DNA of 64,000 nucleotides. Origin: Hyaloraphidium curvatum SAG 235-1 (taxonomy: Eukaryota; Fungi; Monoblepharomycota). Made by a program: the position numbers and the translations under genes. The notes beneath the pieces were generated by a model that was not told where the DNA came from, did no database searches, and saw only the letters and a list, made by a program, of their open reading frames with translations. Where the stretch lies: positions 434,001 to 498,000 of the forward strand of contig JAIVFI010000004.1 of the NCBI GenBank assembly GCA_025558095.1, written 5' to 3'. Of the stretch, positions 12,289 to 22,574 are shown one piece after another. Within the stretch, counting starts at the first letter, position 1. Every line of letters begins with the position of its first letter.

Positions 12289-12968
12289 ATGGCGGGCCCA
12301 GAGACCCCCGTGCGCGTGCCGGCCGGCCCCGAAACGGCCGCCGACGCGCCGAAACCCGCGCACGCGTCCCCACCCGGCTGCCCTTCGCCCCCGTCGCCCT
12401 CGCCCGACGACGACCCGGAGGCAGGCGCGCCCCCCGAAGACGACGCGGACTCGCCGCTGCCGCAGTCCTCGGACGCGGGCTTCCGCGATCCCGCCCCGCC
12501 GCGCGCCGCCTCTTCGCACCGCACACATCCGGCTCCGTCCCACACACCCAGCGCCCTCTCGGGGATCGGAAACTGGCCCGTGGAGGACCCGGCCGCCTTT
12601 TCCAAGCTCAATGCTTCGGTGGGCTGTCCGGCCTGGCACGTCTGCCCCGTCCCACGCTAATCCCGATCGCTTCGCACCCCAACTCCCCGATCGGCCCCGT
12701 TTCCGCGAACCAGTCCCCGCCCCCGCGCACGCCGGCGCACCTCCTCGCCTCCTCGCTGCCCCCGCCGCGCACCGTGAGGAGGGCGGACGCCGACGCGCCG
12801 CTGCTGGCCGCGCTGCGGGACCTGGAGAGGGGCGGGAAGAAGAGGGGGAGGGCCGAGGCGGTGCAGGCCGGGGAGCGGCCGGGTAACGGGAAGAGAGTGA
12901 GGTGGGAGGACCTGGAGGGCGGGACGGCGTTGAGGATCGGCGGACAGGACTGGGACGAGAGTTGCTGA
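12289..12968 (+). CDS. Small low-complexity protein (~194 aa, 2 exons) with a KRVRW (RVxF/W-type) motif
   Basis: Exon 1 is 12289-12618. Phase-0 intron GTGGGC..GCTAAT..CAG is 12619-12713. Exon 2 (12714-12968) stays in frame to TGA. Confidence 0.5.
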
Positions 12969-13188
12969 TCGGTCTCGGCCAGGACGGGGCGGCGTGGAGG
13001 CGCGATCGGGCTCGTGCCGGCGTCTGGGGCGCTTGGACTGATTGCCAGGGCGTAGCTTTCTCAAGGATGTCTTTCTCTCGGAGACCGATTGGAGCGACGG
13101 GTGTCTCCGACGCCTCGAGCGAGTAAATTTGCGCGGGTCCTCTTGGCTGCCCCGCCGTCATCCCCACAATCACTGCCTTCCAATAGCA

Positions 13189-14721
13189 ATGGCGCCCGAG
13201 CCGGCAGGCGCCCCGTTTACGCGCGAAGAATGGCTCGCGATATTGCCGGCTGCCGCCGCGCCCCCTCCGGACGTGTTTGCCGCGGGCGACGCGGAGGCGG
13301 GCGCGGCGGAACCCGCGCCGCCGGCGGTCTCGGTCGACGAGGCGGCGGCCGCGGCGGCGCGCTTTTCGCCGCTGCTGGCGCTCGTAGGGCGCACCGTGGC
13401 GTGGTGGTCGAAGCGCGGTCCCGATGCCGGGCTGGGATCGATCCCGTTCGCGGCATACCGGCTCGCGGCCCTGGTCATGGTGGCGGCCCTGCCTGCCTAT
13501 GCCACGTTATTCGTCAGCCTGCCGGTCGGACCCTTTGCCGCGGGCATCATTGCCTACGCCCTGTCCACGCTGGTAAATGCCTTTCTGATGTTGCGCGTCG
13601 GTCTTGTGGTGTACACGAGCCCGCAACGTCCCTGGGGTGGAGACACGGTGGCCCCATGGGCAACGCAGATCTACCGCTGGGCATCGCTGCTTCCTCACCC
13701 GGGCGGAGACGCTCCGCCCTCGGCGCTCGTCGAGCACTTTGCCTCGGACGAAGAGCTTTGCACGTGCCCAAGGGCTTCCTGCGCCGGCAAGCTCCCGAGC
13801 CAGGCTGCCGCGTCCTACCTCATCGTCGCCCTCCTGAGGATTGCTCTTCAGCTTGTGGTCTGCCCGGTGTTGCTGTGGACTCCTCTCGTCACGCTCGGTC
13901 CTTTTGTGTGGTCAACATCGTGGGGCGCCACCATGAGCACCCTCGTCTGCGCCTGCGCAGTTGTAAGCGCGCTGCCTATCGCGTTCCGGCAAGTCATGTT
14001 TCCCAATGAGCGCATGACGGAGCTCTCGATGCGCATACAGCGCAGGGCCGCGGTAATTGTCGTTGGCGAACTCGTACGCACCGCCCGCGAGCAGCCGGAA
14101 TCCCTCGGTTGGATCAGACATGACGTTCCGAGTGCATACGTGACCTTCTATCGCCGGATGTCGGGATCGTGGCACTCGCAAGGGCTGCTTGCTTTTTCGC
14201 ACTCGTTTGCGCGCCATCAGGCGTACGTCGCCATCCCCCTGCAGCTGTTGGGCCTGGTCCTGAATGCCGTGAGTAGCCTTGATGCCGTCGCTGCGTTGTC
14301 CGGCGCTGATGCCCCCGGAGGCCGTCGGCGCGTGCTTCACCGCCTGGCAGTTCCTCCTCCTCTTCAACACCGGCTGGATTTCCTTTGCCTTGCTCCTCGG
14401 CATCGCCGCCGCCAACGCGCGCGTCTCGGGCGTCGCCGAGATCTTCGACTCGGGCCGCGCCGCGCTCCTCGAGCTGCTGGTCGAGCGGCCCGACGTGCCG
14501 CCCGCGGCCGCCGCGGCGATCAGGGACCATGCCGCGCTGCTGGGATGCCTCGCAGCCAAGGCGCCGCTGGCCAAGTGGCTGGGGCTCCCCGTCACCTGGG
14601 GGCTGGTTCGCACGCTCGCGGTGACGGCGCTCACGGCGTTCGGCGCGCTGTGGGGCATCGTGCGCGGGCTGGGGGTGACGGTCACCATGGAGTCGGTGTG
14701 CGGGGTCGAAAGGCTCTCCTG
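13189..14721 (+). CDS. Multi-pass membrane protein, candidate 7TM ion-channel (gustatory-receptor-like/DUF3537-like) family
   Basis: About 7 hydrophobic segments, one intron near 14269-14320, and a C-terminal AKWLGLPVTWGLVRTLAVTALTAFGALWGIVRG helix. Confidence 0.6.
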
Positions 14722-14900
14722 ACCGGTGTCTGACCTAGGTCTCATCTTGTAACGTAACGCACGGTTTCATGGATTGCATGCATGCACTGCCTCCACAAAC
14801 GCCACCCACGACCGAAGCGAAGACGAGAAGCATGAATCGCACGTCGGGCATGCTCGGCGACGGAGTGATCGAAGTGCCACCCCCGGTAATCCAATCGCTC

Positions 14901-15006
14901 GACTGGTTCGCGGAATGGGGGACTTTCGCACCACGACGCGGAATGGGGGACTTTCGCACCATCACCGCGAACGCGGAAGTCCCCCGGGTCATTCCGCGAA
15001 CCAGTC
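14901..15006. repeat. Fold-back element: 17-bp perfect inverted repeat enclosing a 25-bp tandem duplication
   Basis: GACTGGTTCGCGGAATG (14901-14917) is the reverse complement of CATTCCGCGAACCAGTC (14990-15006). CGCGGAATGGGGGACTTTCGCACCA occurs at 14909-14933 and 14937-14961. Confidence 0.9.
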
Positions 15007-15219
15007 CCCGTCCCCGCGCACCCCGACGCAGCTGCTCGCCCCCTCGATGCCCCGCCCCGCCTCCCCCGCGGATCGTGAGGAGGACGGACGCCGAGACGCC
15101 CCTGCTGTACCCGCTGCGGGACCTCCAGAGGGGCGGGAAGAGGAGGAGGGCCGAGGCGGTGCAGGCCGGGGAGCGGCGGGAAGGAGACAAGGGTGAGGTG
15201 GGAGGACCTGGAGGGCGGG
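14992..15219 (+). pseudogene. Frameshifted duplicate of exon 2 (plus acceptor site) of the 12289-12968 gene
   Basis: Aligns with 12701-12923 (TTCCGCGAACCAGTCCCCG...GAGGCGGTGCAGGCCGGGGAGCGG...GTGAGGTGGGAGGACCTGGAGGGCGGG). Indels break the frame that is intact in the upstream copy. Confidence 0.75.
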
Positions 15220-15559
15220 CAGCGGTGGAGAGTGACGCGCGCTGCGGATGGATGGCAATGAGCTAGCGCTTGCCGGACGGGACCGCATACACGATCGGGC
15301 TCTTGCTGCGCGGATGCTGCATGCGGCCGTCAGGGTCCTGCACAGGACTCGTCCATGTCGTTTTCGCATTGTTGAATCTGTTGAAAACATGCGGCGGCGC
15401 GCCCGCGACCAGAGCTGCGCAGCGTTCTTTCGCGTAGGTCACGCAAAGACGCAGTTCATTACTTCGAACTCACACGGTTGCGTCTGTTCGGTGCATCAAA
15501 TTCTTCTACTCGGTACGACGCCCACTGGTGCTTCATGCCGCGACCCCCCATCCACGGAG

Positions 15560-16055
15560 TCAGTCCGGGGGCGAGCCTTCGGGGCACGGCGCCCCGTGCA
15601 GGGCCCAGACCTCGTGGCCTGCCATGTTCACGTAGTAGGGGCACGCGGCGTGCAGCGCGCACGTCTCGTCCGCCTCGGACACGACGACGTAGGCGCAGCC
15701 CGCTGACGCGGTGCACAGCTCTGCGCACGCGGCGGGTTCCGCGGATGCGGCGCCGTTGTGTACTCCGAGCGGGTCGCTGTAACAGCGTGCACGCGCGTGG
15801 CACAGTTCGAGGGCGGCGGCGTAGCGGCGGTACAGCGCGGGCGCCGCACTGTACGCCGCGCACGCGACCAGCGGCTCGCCGTACTCGCAGAAGAGGTCGG
15901 GCGGGCACTCGGCGCACGACCGGCGGAGGACCCGCGGGGGCGCGGCGCTGTGGGATCGTCAGCGTCCTCCGCGGGCAGCACGCGGCAACGAACCCGGCGC
16001 CGGCGATCGCGATGGCGAGGAGAGCGAGGAGCGCAAAGGGCCCCGGCGCGCGCAT
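15560..16055 (-). CDS. Small secreted Cys-rich protein with a PAN/apple-like motif
   Basis: Signal peptide MRAPGPFALLALLAIAIAGA, one intron, exon 2 reads ...CAELCTASAGCAYVVVSEADETCALHAAC...PPD*. Confidence 0.6.
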
Positions 16056-16499
16056 CGTCGGCGCGGGGGCGCGGGAGGTGGAGGTGCGATGTGGGGGACG
16101 GGGCCCGGTGTCTCTATTCCCCAGCCGCCACCACGCCAAGGCCCCGCCCTCCGTGGCGGGCTGTGTCGCGTGATGAACTTCGGAGAACGCGTACGCCAGC
16201 CCCCTGGGTGCAAATCCGCCCGGTCGGCTGGCCCGCCGTCACGTCCATGGGCGCAGTCCCCTTGCGTCGGGGCCAGTCGAACCTCTGCGGAGCTGCAACC
16301 CGCGACCTCGAGCGCTTAAGCCCGATCGAGCCGCACCCGGAGCAGTGCCACGTCTAGATCTAGTGCCAAAGGTCCGTTTTAGTACAGGTGCGCATCATGT
16401 GGTTCGTTGCGCGGCGCACCATGAACAGCAGCCTCCGTGGATGCGTGACGAATCGCCCCGATTATCGAAGCAACTCACAACCACTCCGCCGCGGACGCG

Positions 16500-17765
16500 A
16501 TGGTCGCCGCGGCCGCTCTCCGCGCAGCCTCGATTCTTCCAGACGCGATCGGACTCTATCTCCACTATCCGCTCTGCGTCTCCCTCTGCGCAATGTGCGC
16601 TTTCGTGAAGCAGCGCGCGTCGACGCTCCACGACCACGCCGGCCTGCATTCCGCGCTGCTCGCCGACGCGTCGCACGCGCTGCGCTTCCGGACGTCTTCG
16701 CGCCGCGTGGCGACGGTCTACATGGGCGGCGGCACCCCGGCGCTGGCGCCCGCGTCGCTGGTCGCCGGCCTGCTCGACACCGTCGCCCGCGACGCCGAAC
16801 CGCTGCCGGGCCTCGAGGTCACCGTCGAGGGCACGCCGGCGTCTTTCACTCCTGCCAAGCTAGCGGACCTCCGCGCCGCCGGTGCCACACGCATCTCCCT
16901 TGGCGTGCAGTCACTCGACGCTTCGGCACTGCGGCTGCTCGGGAGGGAGCACACGCCGCAGGAGGCCGTCGACGCCGCCCGCCGAGCCCGCGCGGCGTTC
17001 CCGCAGCCCTACAGGCTCTCTGTGGACCTGATTTACGGCCGTCCAGGCCAGACGGTCGCTTCCTGGCGGGAGGAGCTGAGAAGAGCGGCCGAGGCCTGCG
17101 AACCGGACCAAATATCGGCTTACCAGCTCACGGTCGAGCCCGGGACACCCTTTGCGCGGGACGTGGCGGCAGGCAGGGTCCGCATGCCGTCGCCGGAGCT
17201 GCAGGAGGACCTCTACTTTGCCACCGTCGCCGAGCTCGCCTCGCTGGGCTTCGAGCAGGCCGAGGTGTCGACCTTTGTCCGGTGCGGCATTTCGCCGTGT
17301 GAGCACAATGTCGGGTATTGGACCGGGCGGGACCATGTCGGGATCGGGCCTGGAGCGCACGGGCGGTTCGTCGACGCGGCGGGGAGAAGGTGGCGCACGC
17401 GTTCGGCAGCAGACGCGGCATCGTGGACGGACATGGTGCGCAGGGATGGACACGGCGTTGCGAGGACGGTTGCAGTCGATGCCGAGGGGTCCAGGGATGA
17501 GGCCGTAGTCATGGGGCTGCGGATGCTGCGGGGGCTGGCCGAGGGTGGGCTCAGGAGGTTTATGCGGAGCGACTTGGCGTTCGAGGACTGCTTGGACATG
17601 GACAAGGTGGCGGAGTTGTGCGACGCGGGACTGATGCAACTCGCGGATGAGGGCGGGGATCGCGTGCTGCGGCTCACGCCCAAGGGGCTGCCGCTGTCAG
17701 ATTCTATCGTGCCAGATATCCTGTTGCCGATGCGGCAAGCTGCTGTGGTCGAACAGCCTCACTAG
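16500..17765 (+). CDS. RSAD1: Radical-SAM heme chaperone HemW/RSAD1
   Basis: LYLHYPLCVSLCAMCAF (CxxxCxxC), YMGGGTP, RISLGVQS, DLIYGRPGQT, ISAYQLTVEPGT, HNVGYW, GIGPGAHGR; intronless. Confidence 0.92.
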   Translation: MVAAAALRAASILPDAIGLYLHYPLCVSLCAMCAFVKQRASTLHDHAGLHSALLADASHALRFRTSSRRVATVYMGGGTPALAPASLVAGLLDTVARDAEPLPGLEVTVEGTPASFTPAKLADLRAAGATRISLGVQSLDASALRLLGREHTPQEAVDAARRARAAFPQPYRLSVDLIYGRPGQTVASWREELRRAAEACEPDQISAYQLTVEPGTPFARDVAAGRVRMPSPELQEDLYFATVAELASLGFEQAEVSTFVRCGISPCEHNVGYWTGRDHVGIGPGAHGRFVDAAGRRWRTRSAADAASWTDMVRRDGHGVARTVAVDAEGSRDEAVVMGLRMLRGLAEGGLRRFMRSDLAFEDCLDMDKVAELCDAGLMQLADEGGDRVLRLTPKGLPLSDSIVPDILLPMRQAAVVEQPH

Positions 17766-17817
17766 ATGCCAGTATTGCAGTCCTCTCTCCCCCAGCTCCC
17801 AACGGAAATGATGTCGC

Positions 17818-18698
17818 TCAGCATGCCGCCCCCTCGGCGCCCCTGCCCTCGGCCGCCGAACCGTCCACCGCATCCGCAAAGGCGCCCTGGCAGCCGCACG
17901 TGGGGTTCCGGCACGACTTCGCGTGGATCCTCGCGGCAGCTTCGTCGGCAGAGACGTTTTCCCACTTGGCGACCGTTTCGGTGACGAGCTGCTTTCCGGG
18001 CAGCGCGGCGTCCGCGGCCGGGCCGAGGTCCGCGACGCTGTCGTTGCGCAGAGTCTCGACCGAGCCGGAGCCGCGCAGGTTGCGCGTGTACTTCTCGAGA
18101 TCCGGGACGATGCTCACTGGCGGGCAGCGGGGATGGTGAGTTCGACCTGTCTGTCAATGGATTCCGCCAACGCACCTCGCTTGGCGAACCCCGCCTCCTC
18201 CTTGGCCTTGGCGAGCTTCGTCCCCAGGCCGCCAATCATCTCCTCCAGCTTCCTGTACTCCTCATCGAGGACCTGGCGCGCCTCCCTCGCCCGCTCCGCT
18301 TCTTCGCCGCCGCGCCCCGTCGCCGCCTCCATCTCCCCCAGGTGCCTGCGGCATCTCTCCCCCACCGCCTCCGGCCCCTTGCCCTTCAGGTCCGCCGCCC
18401 CGACCGCCACCAGCCCGCCTATCATCTGCGCCCGCTCCGCGCGGTTTCGCTTTGCCTCGGCCGACGTTGCCTCCCCGAGCTGGGCCAGAGTCGCGCGGTA
18501 CTCGACCATGTTGCGCTCGTAGTCCTCCCTGGCGGCTCGGGCGAGGGCGAGCGTGGTTTCGAGGCGGGAAACGGCGGCGGCCCAGGCGTGGAAGGCCGCG
18601 AGGGCGGCCTCGCCCGCCTTGGGAGCAGAGACGACCGCCGTGGGGGCGGAGACGACCGCCGCGGGAGCGCAGACGACCGCCGTGGCAGCGCCGTCCAT
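17818..18698 (-). CDS. Uncharacterised coiled-coil protein
   Basis: Glu/Ala/Arg-rich helical ORF from MDGAATAVV with a probable short intron near 18118-18150. N-terminal AVV(C/S)AP occurs three times. Confidence 0.5.
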
Positions 18699-18847
18699 CT
18701 TGGAAAGTGCTTTTGCGGCGGTTTGGCTGCTAACGGGCTCGGATTGCAGGGGTTGCGGTGGCCGGGATTCGCGACCTTTGTTTGGTCGGCCGCGAGTCAG
18801 CATGCATGCAGCGTCGCGCCAGGTCCGGCGGCTCACGCGTACACGGA

Positions 18848-19633
18848 ATGTCCGTGGACGTGGCCCCGTCGCCCTCGCCTCCGATCGTGGACGATGCCAA
18901 CGAGCCCGATGATGATGCTCCCACGCCTGCGGAAGAGGACAAGAGCCCCGAGATCCTGCGCCTGGAGGCCGTCGGAGACGCGTTCGCGGAAGTCCTACGC
19001 GATCCACGCGTCGCGGCGGGCTACATGAGGTGGTTCCGGGGCCAATGTCGCGACCACGTGCTCGCGAACGACGCCCCTCCGGGCGTGGTGCAGTGCGAAC
19101 GGGCGTGCGAAGCCCTTGGACTCGGCCAATCGCGGACGTACATCAGAGTTCCGGAGGACTACTACAGCTTCGATGTTACTTATCGGAGATTCATCTTGCG
19201 ATCGCCAAGCGACGACCATCTCTGTAAGACCGTCGTCTTCCACAACAAGGCTTATCGGCCGGCATCGGATCTCGACGAACTCGACCCGCGGTATCCCAAA
19301 TACATCGCCGTCATCGTACAGTACACGGGAGCGGTCGCCACGGGGAAGCTTATCGACTTTGTGCGGGTGCTCGGCGGCGATTCGAGGCCCAAGAAGGCTT
19401 ACAACTTCCGGCTCGCCCCCGCGGGGGAGGCGCTGAGGTTGACGGGATTCGCGCACAACGAAGTGGCCCCCGTGGGCATGCGGAGTCCGGTGCCCCTCAT
19501 CATGAGCAAGGCGATCACGGAGCTGGTCCCGCCAATGTTCTACGTGGGCGCGGGGCACAAAGATTGGAAGCTGGCTTTTCCCTGCCAGGAGTTCATCGAA
19601 CGGACAGGTTGTCACGTGGCCGATCTCTCCTGA
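18848..19633 (+). CDS. YbaK/ProX-type aminoacyl-tRNA deacylase domain protein
   Basis: RVPEDYY, HLCKTVVFHN, AVIVQY, NFRLAP..LTGFAHNEVAPVG, GAGHKDWKL. Confidence 0.85.
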   Translation: MSVDVAPSPSPPIVDDANEPDDDAPTPAEEDKSPEILRLEAVGDAFAEVLRDPRVAAGYMRWFRGQCRDHVLANDAPPGVVQCERACEALGLGQSRTYIRVPEDYYSFDVTYRRFILRSPSDDHLCKTVVFHNKAYRPASDLDELDPRYPKYIAVIVQYTGAVATGKLIDFVRVLGGDSRPKKAYNFRLAPAGEALRLTGFAHNEVAPVGMRSPVPLIMSKAITELVPPMFYVGAGHKDWKLAFPCQEFIERTGCHVADLS

Positions 19634-19962
19634 AGCAAGCAACTTTTCTTGATGTTCTTGGGAGGAGGCGGTTTCGTAGATTTGAATTGGACCGGACACG
19701 CCATGTTCGACGCAGACCAGATGCTCGTAGCCAATGATGCAACTTTTGATGTCTACATTGTAGAAGACGAAACAATGATCTGCTGCTGGGACATCGCAAC
19801 GGCTGGTAAGAATGTTTGTTTGATCTTCGATGATGGTTGCTTGCGATTTAGTCGCACCTTGCGCGAGTAAAAGTGACCGCCCTCCTCCGCACGCCCTCAG
19901 GCCCGCAACGCCCCCCGGCCAGCTCCACGGGAAGTGGGTATTTTTGCAATCAGACACCACTT

Positions 19963-20344
19963 TTGGCGTGGAACCGACCCCCTGCGGTCACGTTCCAGGG
20001 TCGTCCGGGCCCGTACGATGCATTGCGGCCGAGAAATGGGCGATGTCCGAAACCCCGAGCTACCATGGGGGGCGGGCCGGGACGGGAGTCCGGTCCGCCT
20101 CCCGCACTTCCCGCCGACATCAGCACCGCCCAGTTTGCCTCGCTGTCGCTCAGGGGCCGCTCCGCGGCAAAGCTAGCAAGGTAGGCAGCGGCGGGGGAAC
20201 GGGCCTGCGGCGGGCAACGTGCCCGCTGACGCGGGGCTCGCTGGCGCTCGCGGGGCCGCTCCGCGGCAAAGCTAGCAAGGGAGCCAGCGCCGGGGACGCA
20301 GTTGGAGTCGCAGCGACGGGGACGCATCACCGTTTCGCCACGCA
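19963..20344 (+). ncRNA. Candidate structured non-coding RNA with two tandem copies of a ~58-nt domain (family unknown)
   Basis: Terminal pairing GCGTGG/CCACGC, GNRA-capped hairpin near 20071-20099, and an identical 29-nt core at 20153 and 20252 closed by covarying stems. Confidence 0.4.
20139..20296 (+). repeat. Direct repeat, period 99 bp, identical core GGGGCCGCTCCGCGGCAAAGCTAGCAAGG
   Basis: Copies at about 20139-20198 and 20237-20296. The spacer contains the hairpin GCGGGCA-ACG-TGCCCGC. Confidence 0.92.
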
Positions 20345-20400
20345 TTAGAGTCATTGTTCCTTTCGCGCACCAATGTAGAGTCACAGCGGTGCCAGCAAAG

Positions 20401-22509
20401 TCACTCTTTCTTCTTCCCCTTGGCCGCCTTTCTTCCGCCGCCGTCACCGTACTCGGATAGTGTCCCATCACGCTTCACCACAGGCCTGTTGACAACGAGG
20501 TCCCTGTCCACTCCAAAAACATGCACAAAGACGACCATCCAGAAGCTGACGGCCAAGCTGAGGAAGAATTCGAAAATGGAATCCACCTTGCGGGGCGCGA
20601 TCCACTTCGAAAACAGCACCAAGAGAGCGAGGAAGGAGGACATGCCGGTGGCGTTGGAATAGGTCTTGGCCTTGAACCACATGTCGCTGATCGAGGGCAG
20701 ACGGATTACGCCGACGCCGTCGCTGTCCATGAAGGATGGCGGCTCCTCGGCGCTGCGGATCGCCACCTGCCGCTCGTCCTCCATGAGATCCGTCCCGCTG
20801 ACGTTGCCGTTCCAGATGTCGAGAACGTCCTGCTTGACACCGTCGCGGAAGCTAAATAATAGGGCAAACGTCAGCAAGCTCGAAGTGACATCGACTCCGC
20901 GAAGACCCACTTGTTGAGGTAGTAGCGGCTCAGACTATTGCGCCCGTCGAGCCAGCTGCCCATGATCCACTGGCGCTTACCCGTCCGAACGATGTCGCCC
21001 TTCATGTGGCCCGTTCCCGAGTAGATCAGCGAGATGGCGTCGCCCGCGTCCGCGTAGAGGTTGTTCATGGGGAACATGGTGGCATCCGTCGCCGCCGCAA
21101 CCCATGCCGGGGGGTTCTCCACGGTCGAGAAAGGCTCTCCCGACGGATTCGCGCCGAGGGCGGCGAGCTGGTAGATCAAAACATCCTTGGCGAACAGGGT
21201 CGCCACCATGTTCGTTCGATCCAAGCTATCCAAGCAGGACGTCCTGATGGCACCATTTTCCAACCTGTCGGTCTTTCCGTCACCGCCGACAAAGAAGCCG
21301 TTGGAAACCAAGGTGCCGTGCAGGCGGTCCAGCAGCACGCTCAAGGGACCGTAGTTCATCCGCTTGCAATACTTGTTAACCGGGAATGCCTCGTACTCGA
21401 TCCGCGGGTCCTTCAGATTCGCGACGACCTCCCGGTACGCATTTGACAGCGGCAATTCAAAGCCTTTCTCATTGAGCAGGTCCACGCAGACGATCTTACC
21501 GTCCTCCGAATCAGAGAGGTACTCCTTCTCGAGCATCCCAAAGTGCTTCTTGGAGGCCTCGATGACTTCGGGACGGCCCTGATCCGCCACAGACATCTTT
21601 GGCTTCCAGTTCAGGTCCAGGGTCTGCTTCCACACTGTCGGTACGGAGCCGCGGACCTGAACAAAGGAAGCGAGCCTCTGCGGGTCGTCGTTGCGCCACA
21701 CGATCTGCTCCATCTCCACAAAGTTGGCGGCGTGCCCCTCGGCGTCGAGCCCACGCCGCGTATACCGCGTGCCGAGCCTCTCGCGAGAGTAGCGCGCAAC
21801 GAGCACGACCGTATACTCGGCCGATTTGCCGCCGGAGTCCGCGACCCCGATCCCGCAGGATCCGATGAAGCCTCCGATGAAGTCCTTCGCAAAGGGGCCA
21901 AGCGCAGCCTCGCTCTTCATGGTCTGCTGCGCCGCCCAGTTGAAAACGAACTCGTCTGTCCTCACGTCCGGGTGCGTCGCTTGCTTCTGCAGCGAGCGGG
22001 TGAGGTCGAACGTCTCGGAGTAGTAGAGGTGACCCGAGTGCAGGAGGTCGTTGGCAAAGTCGACGAACTCTGCACGCAGGGAGGACTGCGTTTGACGGGG
22101 CGCCGGTCGCGATCGTCAATTCGAAGACTCTGCATGCCGAGGACAGAAAACCCACGTTCAAAGGTTGCATGCTCGCAACGTCGAACAGCGGCACAACCAG
22201 GCCGCCAGTGACCTTGAAGACCTCCGAGCCCCGGATCCGGCACACCAACTCCCTCGACGTAGCCGCCAGCAGATACGGTTCATCGTCACCATACCACAGC
22301 ACGCCGACGAGGGCCAGCGCCTGCGAATACGAGTCCGGCTCGGGCTGCTCGATCCCTGCCACGTCGTTGCGGGGCCGCCGCTGGGCGAAACCAGCGCCCG
22401 GCCGCTTCCGCCCGTCCAGCACGACCACATCGCCGCCCAAAGATGGAGATTCAAGAGCTATACCCCCGCCATCGGGCAGCACGTGGATGTGAATGCGGGG
22501 AGTCGCCAT
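20401..22509 (-). CDS. SAC1: SAC1-family phosphoinositide phosphatase
   Basis: GHLYYSETFDLT, ARYSRERLGTRYTRRGLDAEGHAANFVEMEQ, SFVQVRGSVP, RTSCLDSLDRTN (CX5R), C-terminal TM pair. Confidence 0.92.
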
Positions 22510-22574
22510 GTCGAGGTGTTTGGCGGTGGACGCTTCCGGACCGAAACAAATCGACGCGGACCGCTCCACCGCGC

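Noticed and set aside
12701-15219. LTR retrotransposon interpretation of the direct repeats
   Set aside because: No TG..CA ends, PBS/PPT or gag/pol; the left copy is a coding exon.
17818-17826. Cys-TGA ending of the coiled-coil gene as a possible selenocysteine
   Set aside because: No selenoprotein family resemblance, and no room for a SECIS in the ~50-bp gap to the convergent gene.
19726-19738. TCGTAGCCAATGA, identical to a stretch of U4 snRNA
   Set aside because: Flanking U4 elements (U6-pairing stems, Sm site) are absent, so this is likely a chance match.
20129-20250. HDV-ribozyme-like words (CTCGCTGGCGC), RNase MRP-like CGGGGCTC and SRP helix-8-like CAGG..AGCA
   Set aside because: The required partner strands, order and spacing could not be built for any of these families; the region is kept only as an unknown structured RNA.
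20139-20296. CRISPR-like repeat-spacer-repeat
   Set aside because: Only two copies with a 70-nt structured spacer, in a eukaryotic context with no cas genes.
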